A stretch of DNA of 64,000 nt from an uncultured Spirochaetaceae bacterium (lineage in GTDB: Bacteria > Spirochaetota > Spirochaetia > SZUA-6 > RPPD01). Of this stretch, positions 18,201 to 26,738 are shown one piece after another. Under the pieces are notes generated by a model, which was given only the letters and a program-made list of their open reading frames with translations, made no database searches and was not told the origin of the DNA. The translations under genes were made by a program, and so were the position numbers. The DNA is taken from contig CAZWYY010000001.1 of NCBI GenBank assembly GCA_964638895.1, positions 28,088 through 92,087 on the forward strand. The letters are read 5' to 3'. Numbering within the stretch: position 1 is the stretch's first letter; the number at the start of each line of letters is the position of its first letter.

Positions 18201-21059
18201 CATGGTCTGTTTTTGTACGGTTTCCTCTACCAGCTCATAGCGTGTGTTGATTCTGCCGTACACTCCCTGCTGCTGTGCCGCCTTCCAGGTCTGTTTGACA
18301 AGCTCGGCCCGCACGTCGGTATCCGCGGTGTATGCCTCACCGTCAGGTTTTACCAGCACTATGCCGGCCTCAAAGGGCTTACCGGCCTCCACAAAGGTGG
18401 ACCACCATTCGTCCCTGCTCTTTCCAACCCTGGCCCCGATGTAGAAGCGGGCCGGATGCACGATGACCGACTGGCGCGCGGCGATCTCCTGCCGGCTGAT
18501 GTCGTTTACCAGCACCTCGGCCCCGTAGCGGTAAGGTTTTCCGGCCAGGCCGTCGGATGTTGTCTCCTGACTGATGGAGGCCGTGCCCTGCGCTCCCAGC
18601 GTCCCGTTTCCCGAGCCCAGGGTAATCTGCGAGCCCCAGCCCGAGGGGCCGAACCTGTACGGCTTCCATTGCTTGCCGGGCGGTTTGAAGGAGGTGGGTT
18701 CCTTGTACCAGTAATAATTGTAGGTGCCGCCTGCAACCGCCCCGCCGGCCAGGTAGTCGGCCTCGGCTTTAAATGAAAGCGTGTCCCCGTTGTAATACTC
18801 GCGGTCCGCCTTATTCAGGCTGACCTGGAAGTTCAGGCGTGAAAAATGGGCCACCTGGAAGCCCACAGTGCTCTTGTTTTTGTTGTCGCGCGCGTATTCA
18901 ATATAGAAATACCCCGGTTCCAAGCTTTCCGGCAGTTTAAAGCTGCCGAAAAAGCCGCCCGTGCCGCTGGTGGTTCCGCTTGCCTGGTAAAAAGGCTTGC
19001 TGTCCCACCTCTGCTCGCGCACGCTTATGGTATAGGGACCCCGGTAAATGGAATACTCACCGGCGGACCAGGTGCGGTCTATGCCGCGGAAGGTAACGGT
19101 TTCTCCGGGTTTATACAGGCCGCGGTCCGTAAAAAACAGGGTTTCCATGCGCGGATTTTCGATGGTGGCCGGACTTTCATAGCTGTAAATACCGAAGTGG
19201 TACATGTTATGCGAGTAGTTGGGGCGGAACTCGGCCTTGTCATCGCCCTTCACCACCCTGATGCGCAGGTAATCGTAGTAACGATAATCGGAAAAATCCT
19301 TTTGATACTCTCCGGGCGCCAGGTTGAATATGGCAATGCCCTGTGAGTTGGTCCGGAAGCTGTCCTTGGGCGTTTGCTTGCGCAGCAGGGTGACGACGGC
19401 GCCCTCCACGGGTTTACCGCTGGAAAGCGAAGCCACCCAGACAATGATTTTGTTGTACGCGTAGCGGGTGGTCACACCCAGGTCGGTTACCTGTAAGTTG
19501 AGGTTCTGTTGGTACCCCTCCCTCAGCCTGCCGTTTCGGTCGAACGGCCTGAAATGCCAGGCAATACCAACGAAGCCTTTTCCCGACTTGTTAAGGTAGG
19601 GGGAGAGATCCAGAACACGGTAGTTCTTGGTGTTGGGTTTCGCGTCGGAAAAGTCGTATTCTTCCAGCTCATTACCGCCGAAAGATATACCTTTGTCCGG
19701 ATAGGGGTCCTCAATCGGTCCAACCTTCCACCTGCCGTTGGCAATGTTTTGGTATTCAAAGATGATTTTGGGCGCGAACGCGGCCTCAAGCATTTTTGAG
19801 CCCGTGTTGGGAAAGTAGGCGTAGCTCGCGGCCTTGCCCACCTTGACCGTCTCCTGTAAATCCGTTCCCAGCCTGCGGCCGTAGATGTCTTTGAGGTCCC
19901 TGCTGATGGAAATTACATAGCTTGAGTCATAGGCAACCGGCAGATTGGTAATTTTTACCGTGTTATACCAGACTTGGATGTTGTCTTTAAGGTTGGGGAT
20001 GTTAAACGAGGTGGAGAAGTATTTTTCTATATCCTTTTCCGGGAGCGGATGCGAGAACTCCAGGTACACCGGGTTGGCGTCCCCCTTTTCACTCCGGGGA
20101 AACGAGTAATTATAATTGGTGCTGCGCTTAAATTTAAACGGCGTCAGGGTGTGATAGCTTTTTTGAATGTCCTTGGGCGTTCCCTCGCAGTCCTCCCGCG
20201 AACGGGCGCCTTTAAGCAGGGTGAGTACTACGGTGCTGTCCTGGGGGAGTTTCTGCTGTATGGTGAGGATCACCGATCGTTGGATAAAATTTTCGGAATC
20301 ATTTTCGCTTTTTTTTGGCGGACGGGCTGCGGTGAAGGTGTATGTACGGCTGTTGCATTCGACGCGCAGATAACGGGTGATCAGCCCCATATCCACCGGG
20401 TAGGTAAAGCGAACGGTCATCTTTTGAGCCATATCGGGCGGTACGTCTTTGTAATTGATTTGGTACTGGTCTTCCGGCGTGCCGGGATGAAAAGAGGCGA
20501 TATCCAGGTATTCATTGAAGAATTCGAAGCTGTGCTCCTTGCCCAGCTTTTTCTTGCCCAGGGACTGGACATCGGCCGAGATCGTGACCTTATAGGTGCG
20601 CTGTACGCCGGCAAAAAACGACTCCTCGGGCTCAAAACTGAGCAGTTTGGAACCGTACCAGCGGAACACGCCGGGAACCTCGGGGGAAATCGTCATGTAG
20701 GGCGATTTCTTTATGGGCGCGCCCAGCCTGGAGAGAGGTACAATGGGGTGTGAGAATACGACGTAAATGGTGGGCTGCCGCATTTCCACGGGCAGGACCC
20801 CCACCGGACCGTAGTCCGTGATGGTAAGAGGACTGTCGTCCTCCTGTATTTTAAACTCCCCGGATTCGATCGTATTGATGTCAAAATAATTTATGGAGCT
20901 TTCCGAGAAATCGAGACTCTTGTTCAGCTCGATATTCAGGGCTTCCGAAAAATTATCCGCGGTGGTATCGATAAAATCCCGCCCGGTTTTGTCCGGATTG
21001 TTGCCGCAGGAAAAATAAAAAAAACAAAAGAAAAGCAGTAATAACGCGCCAAATCGCAT
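15213..21059 (-). CDS. bacterial alpha-2-macroglobulin family lipoprotein (YfhM/ECAM-like) with CxEQ thioester
   Basis: about 1950 aa; lipoprotein signal MRFGALLLLFFCFFYFSCG; thioester motif YPNGCVEQRLS; start set at Met26 (RBS AGGGGG 6 nt upstream). Confidence 0.85.
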   Translation of the reverse strand: MRFGALLLLFFCFFYFSCGNNPDKTGRDFIDTTADNFSEALNIELNKSLDFSESSINYFDINTIESGEFKIQEDDSPLTITDYGPVGVLPVEMRQPTIYVVFSHPIVPLSRLGAPIKKSPYMTISPEVPGVFRWYGSKLLSFEPEESFFAGVQRTYKVTISADVQSLGKKKLGKEHSFEFFNEYLDIASFHPGTPEDQYQINYKDVPPDMAQKMTVRFTYPVDMGLITRYLRVECNSRTYTFTAARPPKKSENDSENFIQRSVILTIQQKLPQDSTVVLTLLKGARSREDCEGTPKDIQKSYHTLTPFKFKRSTNYNYSFPRSEKGDANPVYLEFSHPLPEKDIEKYFSTSFNIPNLKDNIQVWYNTVKITNLPVAYDSSYVISISRDLKDIYGRRLGTDLQETVKVGKAASYAYFPNTGSKMLEAAFAPKIIFEYQNIANGRWKVGPIEDPYPDKGISFGGNELEEYDFSDAKPNTKNYRVLDLSPYLNKSGKGFVGIAWHFRPFDRNGRLREGYQQNLNLQVTDLGVTTRYAYNKIIVWVASLSSGKPVEGAVVTLLRKQTPKDSFRTNSQGIAIFNLAPGEYQKDFSDYRYYDYLRIRVVKGDDKAEFRPNYSHNMYHFGIYSYESPATIENPRMETLFFTDRGLYKPGETVTFRGIDRTWSAGEYSIYRGPYTISVREQRWDSKPFYQASGTTSGTGGFFGSFKLPESLEPGYFYIEYARDNKNKSTVGFQVAHFSRLNFQVSLNKADREYYNGDTLSFKAEADYLAGGAVAGGTYNYYWYKEPTSFKPPGKQWKPYRFGPSGWGSQITLGSGNGTLGAQGTASISQETTSDGLAGKPYRYGAEVLVNDISRQEIAARQSVIVHPARFYIGARVGKSRDEWWSTFVEAGKPFEAGIVLVKPDGEAYTADTDVRAELVKQTWKAAQQQGVYGRINTRYELVEETVQKQTMRIGNGRGELSLTPPEAGSYILRFTSADGMNNTVITDVYLYATGSSWVRWDTRNPQDIDLVVDNELYEVGEKARILIKSPLPRGDYLLTIEREGIFEEKIVHIEGSAQLIEVPIIEKYVPIVYVALSSYSKREAVASSYFEPDLGKPKGYFGITAIKVSTDTKTCSVEIIPGKDIYKPGEKAEVTIIVKKNGRPLSGAEVTFLAADRGVLDLINYHVPDPISFFYNSYKFPLGVLGADSRSLLIDPVTYEVKDLQGGGGEGGKLQRRKDFVPLAVFEPYLVTDAQGRAVARFTFPDTLTTYRSTALVAKEQIFGIKEQEIMVQNPINARAALPRRLRVRDTAVAGCILTNLSKQDYTVSVSLRTDIIGVHGPTSKTVKIGGGKSEEVAFNLMALKQGEATLVFTIRSPVLSEELEHKLTVEKPLITETFTVMGKTEYTDKTAKKGTDQLFAEEGFVIPQSIAPGYGGLTIRLDSTRLGALAEAVGYLIHYPNGCVEQRLSAILPFILFGDKLAEFGPEYAKYDSRALVESLFSLLAKYQHRDGGFSFWLERTEHSSPLVSAKVAHYLYLAQERGYRIDPDINRDKLLSYVRGFYNDKYINDYLKMYALYILSLYGEDVRSRLEAFADKGDGIGLAGYALLGLSYQRLGDTGRARTMLERLKKFIKVGTRSIDLVETYENRYYFDSTVQELALLLMLYHNLDPGNDMLQRITNTLMGRQKKGYWNNTWDTSWALISYNEILRGEAGSDTRFTADVTINSQPLIVRDFAGISKGTYVKEYALSESPLSQLKRNTLFPLRLTKTGRGMLYYSISMRYALPTEIAPARDEGFSVFSEIYDLDGNKIERRQLELGKTYRMHAVISSSKRRSLVALRVPVPSGVEIVDATFVTTGRYYNKGGTSSRQWVRETIYGDEFTFVGEGSYYMTPGGLFFDFYGPEQKIMDNEVIYYFDDLYRGKQEVTFLFRTTTPGIYPTPPAYAECMYEEEVFGRAQGRLIVIK

Positions 21060-21127
21060 ATACATCCCCCTTTCTAATCTATAAGTATATACCATATTAA
21101 GGATAATTTTTATATTTTTTAAGCCAC

Positions 21128-21160
21128 TTGACAATAAAGGCTATTTGTTCTTGTATAAAT
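21128..21160 (+). promoter_or_regulatory. candidate promoter for eno (TTGACA ... TGTATAAAT)
   Basis: TTGACA at 21128-21133, extended -10-like TGTATAAAT at 21152-21160; 38 nt upstream of eno RBS AAGGAG. Confidence 0.35.
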
Positions 21161-21185
21161 GATGCGTTAAAAACAAATCAAATAA

Positions 21186-22493
<1,308 letters not shown>

Positions 22494-22544
22494 GATTATA
22501 TCGGGCCGGCCCAGGCGGCCGGCCCGTATATTCCATAAAAGATC

Positions 22545-22991
22545 ATGATTCGACTGCCGGTCTTATGTGCTTTAGGTTTATTTTTATTTCAATGGAGCGT
22601 CCCGGCGCAGGATACGGGGGATGCTCCGGACGCGGGGTCAAGTACGGTGTCAAACGGCAAGGTCACGTTATGGGTAATCACCACACCCGCGCATGCCAGA
22701 ATATATATCAATAACAGCTATGCCGGTATTTCACCACTTACCACAATGGTTGACGTGCCGGGGGATTATATTGTGGAAGCCAGGCTGTCCCGGCAGACAA
22801 CATCGGCCCAGATCTCTCTTGCGGGCCACACCCACACGGAGGTGAACCTGACATTTCCTCCCCAACCTATTAATATTCTGGCACTGGTAATTCTCCTGGT
22901 GCTAACTGGTGCGGGTATCGTTATTTTGTGCAGGGTAAGATCGAGAGTGGTGATATACTCAAGCGAAAAAAATAGGCCCGTGCGCAAATAG
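22545..22991 (+). CDS. PEGA-domain membrane-anchored protein
   Basis: signal peptide, PEGA-like beta-rich segment (ARIYINNSYAGISPLTTMVDVPGDYIVEA), C-terminal TM helix. Confidence 0.55.
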   Translation: MIRLPVLCALGLFLFQWSVPAQDTGDAPDAGSSTVSNGKVTLWVITTPAHARIYINNSYAGISPLTTMVDVPGDYIVEARLSRQTTSAQISLAGHTHTEVNLTFPPQPINILALVILLVLTGAGIVILCRVRSRVVIYSSEKNRPVRK

Positions 22992-23100
22992 AAGAAGGCT
23001 TATACCGGGAACGGCGGCCTCAATATTAAGGGAGAAACCGTCGAAAATATAATTAAGAAATACTTGAATACCGCCGGTAAGGTATTTATACTAGTAAAGG

Positions 23101-23343
23101 ATGAAAGCAGTTACGTTTTGTAAGCATTGCGGAAATATTTTAAATGTGGCTTTCAATTTTTGTCCTTTTTGCGGGATTCCCAAAAAGAATCCGGTTACAA
23201 TGGAAGAGATAGTGAACAAATCCATGCATCAGTTAAAAGAAAAAAGTAAAACAAACTATCTGAAAAGACTGGATCATCTTGAAAAACAGCTTTGCACTCT
23301 TGAGAAAGAGCTGGATTCGATCATCATTCATATCAAACAATAA
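23101..23343 (+). CDS. small zinc-ribbon plus coiled-coil protein
   Basis: CKHCGN...CPFCG zinc-ribbon at N-terminus, heptad-like C-terminus; 80 aa. Confidence 0.5.
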   Translation: MKAVTFCKHCGNILNVAFNFCPFCGIPKKNPVTMEEIVNKSMHQLKEKSKTNYLKRLDHLEKQLCTLEKELDSIIIHIKQ

Positions 23344-23382
23344 TAAGTTTTTTCTGCCGGACTGCCGAATATTACAAAGAGT

Positions 23383-25692
23383 ATGAACAGTAAACGCTCT
23401 TTTTTTACCAAATGCCTTATATTACTCACGGCCATATATGGTCTTACGGGACCCGCCGCTTACGCGGACATTAGTTTTGCGGATTTGAAACTTTCAACCG
23501 GCAATACCCTGTTGTTCAAGGCGCAAACCGATTTTCCCGGCTTTGGGAATTATAGTACCCTGTTTATGAGTGATTTACGGCAAAAAACAATTACACAGCT
23601 TACATTCTTCCCTGAAAAAATAATGCTTTTGAACAATAACAGCGTGTTGCAGATTCAAAACAGGTTCGGCGTATTCAGAACCGAAGCGGGATTTAAGGAC
23701 ATTAAGGCGGTCAAGGTCTTTCCCGCCTTTGCCCAAGGGAATGAGATCGAAAGCGGCAAGATAAGTCCGGTAAAGGCGTCACCGGATGGGAGTTACGTGG
23801 TTTATTTCAAGCCCCTCTCCGCCGCGTTCGGCAACCTGATGCTCTACGATTTCGAGACCAATAAGGAAATCGTCGTTTCTCAGAATATCGAGTTGAATCT
23901 TACCCGACCTCCGGTGCACTGGTCCGCTGACTCGTTTTATTTTGTATACTGCAAGGAAAATAAAATCTATTATTTTTCCATTGAGCAGCTGCGTAAAAAC
24001 CGCGTGATCGCGGAGACCTACAGAAATATCGCGGAGGGCGGTATTTCCAATGTCAATTGGGACAATCTGGGAAACCTGTATTACATACACGACACCCTGG
24101 TATACAGGCTTGCGGGCGGTGAGTTTTTTACCAGGGGGTTGTATATAAATTTCTTAAAGTTGGGAACCATCGTGGGAAAGATTCCCTTTCCCTTCGAAAC
24201 CAACTTCGACAGCTTCCGAATTTCTCCGGACGGTAAAAAGATTCTGTATAATAAGGGCGGGAAAAACATCTTTCTCTACCTCTTGAACCCCCTCGATTCG
24301 CAGTACCAGGGGGCCATTACCAACCTGCCCTATCTTTACTTGCCGCAAAACGCCATGATTACTAAAATCATCTGGTCGGACGATGATTATATTACCCTGC
24401 TGGCCGAAAGACTGGAAAACGGCAAAACCAAAACCAGTCTTTACCGTATTGCAATCCCTATTCTGAATGAGAACAAGACTTTTGCTAAATTGAACATTGA
24501 GGATGTAAAGGACATGTTCCTTTCAAGCGACGGGAAAAAGATCGTTCTGTTGAAACAGGACACGCTGGAGGTCTACGATTACCGGAGATGGAACAAACTG
24601 CATGAAATCAGCCATCCGCAGGTGCTGCAGGTGCTGTGGAAAACCGACTCCGAGTTGATAATCGCCGGGGCGTACTACATAGAGTTGTACAATATAAATA
24701 CCAAAGCCCGGCAGTTCATCAGTCTTTCCCAGCCGGGGATTTTCGGCTTTTCTAAAACCGATAATCTTATTCTTACCAAAATAGATGCCGAGGTCTACAG
24801 CACCCCTGTGAATGAGGTTTCATGGCAGAACGCAAACGAGTATAACACGGCCGAAGCCCAGGTGGCCGGTGAAGATTATAGGGTCTATATAGAGAAGGTT
24901 GAATACGGAAACTATAAAAATATGATCATGGTACGCGACCTTAAAGGTCTTACCACCGTAACCCTTTTCCCTTTCAAAGAATTCATTTATGAAAGTTACC
25001 CGGAAAAGGAAACACCCATCGACTTTACCTTCTTTAATCACGGCTCCCGCATCAGGCGCAGGGAGGTCGCCCTGGTGTTTAACGCCATCGATTCTATTGA
25101 GGGGCTGCACCAGGTACTCAAAACCCTGTCACAGTACGGGCTGCGCTGTACTTTTTTCTTAAACGGCGAGTTTATCCGGCGTTACCCGGACTCGGTCAGG
25201 GAGATTGCGGAATCCGGTCATGAGGTGGGCTCGCTGTTTTACGCCTATTTTAATATGACCGACGCCCGTTTTCAGGTTGACGAAGAGTTTATCAAGAAAG
25301 GTCTGGCGCGCAATGAGGATGAATACTACACGGTTTCCGGTAAGGAACTGTCCCTGCTTTGGCACGCCCCGTATTATTTTGTGAACTCCGAAATAATCAA
25401 GGCCTCCAAAGCCATGAATTACGCCTATATCGGACGGGATATCGATACCCTGGACTGGGTAACCAAGAATGACAAGAACATCAGCTCCGGGATTTATTTT
25501 TCTTCCGCCGACCTGGTGGAACGTATCATGAAGATGAAGAAACCCGGTTCCATAATTCCCATACGCCTTGGGACCCCTGACGGTGGAAGGGACGATTACC
25601 TGTTTCAAAGGGTTGATATTCTCATTAACGCCCTGCTTAAGCGTGGGTACGAGGTCGTAACGGTCTCCACCCTCATGGAGCATGCAAAATAA
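23383..25692 (+). CDS. secreted beta-propeller (TolB/WD40-like) protein fused to C-terminal polysaccharide deacetylase (NodB/CE4) domain
   Basis: signal peptide; repeated DGK/DGS-containing blades; C-terminal CE4-like region (ALVFNAIDSIEG...TFFLNGEFI...ESGHEVGS). Confidence 0.7.
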   Translation: MNSKRSFFTKCLILLTAIYGLTGPAAYADISFADLKLSTGNTLLFKAQTDFPGFGNYSTLFMSDLRQKTITQLTFFPEKIMLLNNNSVLQIQNRFGVFRTEAGFKDIKAVKVFPAFAQGNEIESGKISPVKASPDGSYVVYFKPLSAAFGNLMLYDFETNKEIVVSQNIELNLTRPPVHWSADSFYFVYCKENKIYYFSIEQLRKNRVIAETYRNIAEGGISNVNWDNLGNLYYIHDTLVYRLAGGEFFTRGLYINFLKLGTIVGKIPFPFETNFDSFRISPDGKKILYNKGGKNIFLYLLNPLDSQYQGAITNLPYLYLPQNAMITKIIWSDDDYITLLAERLENGKTKTSLYRIAIPILNENKTFAKLNIEDVKDMFLSSDGKKIVLLKQDTLEVYDYRRWNKLHEISHPQVLQVLWKTDSELIIAGAYYIELYNINTKARQFISLSQPGIFGFSKTDNLILTKIDAEVYSTPVNEVSWQNANEYNTAEAQVAGEDYRVYIEKVEYGNYKNMIMVRDLKGLTTVTLFPFKEFIYESYPEKETPIDFTFFNHGSRIRRREVALVFNAIDSIEGLHQVLKTLSQYGLRCTFFLNGEFIRRYPDSVREIAESGHEVGSLFYAYFNMTDARFQVDEEFIKKGLARNEDEYYTVSGKELSLLWHAPYYFVNSEIIKASKAMNYAYIGRDIDTLDWVTKNDKNISSGIYFSSADLVERIMKMKKPGSIIPIRLGTPDGGRDDYLFQRVDILINALLKRGYEVVTVSTLMEHAK

Positions 25693-25835
25693 AAAATATT
25701 TTAACCAAAATCTATTGCAAAAGTTAGAGAAATTCGTAGATTTATACAGGAAGAGCCTTAAGTTAAAAATGGGCGGTGTCGATATATTAAATGGCAAGGA
25801 AGCCTTTTAAGGGAGGAAACAAGACCTTGAACAAG

Positions 25836-26255
25836 ATGGATCCTATTCATTCCTACAAGGAAACGCAGATTAAGACCGCAACGCCCGCCAAACTCATCCT
25901 TATGCTTTATGATGGGGCTATAAAGTACATAAACATGGCCGTGGAAAAAATAGATAAAAAGTACAAAGCCTACGATGAGGTAAGCAACCATATTATTCGT
26001 GCCCAGGATATCGTAACCGAACTGATTGTCTCGATCAATTTTGAGAAGGGCGGAGAGATCGCCAAAAACCTGTTCAGCCTGTATATGTATATGAACCGCA
26101 GGTTGCTTGAGGCGAATATCAAAAAGAACAGCACGGTGCTTGAAGAAGTAAAAAAACTGCTGGTTGAGCTTCGTTCAGCCTGGGCCGAGATCGCAAACAA
26201 AGCGGGCGCCGAGTCGAATCAAAGTAACACCTCCAGTATAAATATCGCCGGGTAA
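25836..26255 (+). CDS. fliS: flagellar export chaperone FliS
   Basis: aligns by eye with B. subtilis FliS (TATPAKLILMLYDGAIKYI..., ...AWAEI); start placed at MDPIHSY by homology (ORF-track start 25791). Confidence 0.8.
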   Translation: MDPIHSYKETQIKTATPAKLILMLYDGAIKYINMAVEKIDKKYKAYDEVSNHIIRAQDIVTELIVSINFEKGGEIAKNLFSLYMYMNRRLLEANIKKNSTVLEEVKKLLVELRSAWAEIANKAGAESNQSNTSSINIAG

Positions 26256-26279
26256 CGTAAGGCATGATAATGTAAGACA

Positions 26280-26738
26280 ATGACGCATACTCCCCAAAGC
26301 CAAGCAAAAACAACCATTGTTGAGAACCTTAAAAACATGCTTTTAAACCAACAGCAGAATATGCGGGATTACCTTGTTCTGTTGAAAAACGAGAAGACCG
26401 CGATTTTAAAGACGGATCTTGATAAGATTGCATTGTACACCGAACTTGAAGGCCGGCATAATACGGCCATAACATCCGGGGCCAAGGCGCTTCTCAGTTG
26501 GAGTTTAAAGTATCAAAAGGAGGTTGCCCCGGCCGTCCGTGAGATCGAGGGACTCCGGGCCGGATTGGAGGCCCTACGCCAAAAAGCCCTTAAGGCCAAC
26601 CTGGAGAATAAAAATCTGCTTAAAGAAAAACTCCAAGCCATAAAGAAGGAAATAGACGCTTTACCTTTCAGGAACTATATTGTAAGCTCACCGTACAAAA
26701 AAATCGGAAAACCGAATTTTATAGATATTTCTTCATGA
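26280..26738 (+). CDS. FlgN-like flagellar chaperone (tentative)
   Basis: 152 aa helical protein after fliS with FlgN-like N-terminal pattern (DYLVLLKNEKTAILKTDLDKIALYTELEGRH); stop overlaps polA start (ATGA). Confidence 0.4.
   Translation: MTHTPQSQAKTTIVENLKNMLLNQQQNMRDYLVLLKNEKTAILKTDLDKIALYTELEGRHNTAITSGAKALLSWSLKYQKEVAPAVREIEGLRAGLEALRQKALKANLENKNLLKEKLQAIKKEIDALPFRNYIVSSPYKKIGKPNFIDISS

Noticed and set aside
25159-25797. 212-aa minus-strand ORF
   Set aside because: Antisense to the deacetylase C-terminus and fliS upstream region; no supporting features
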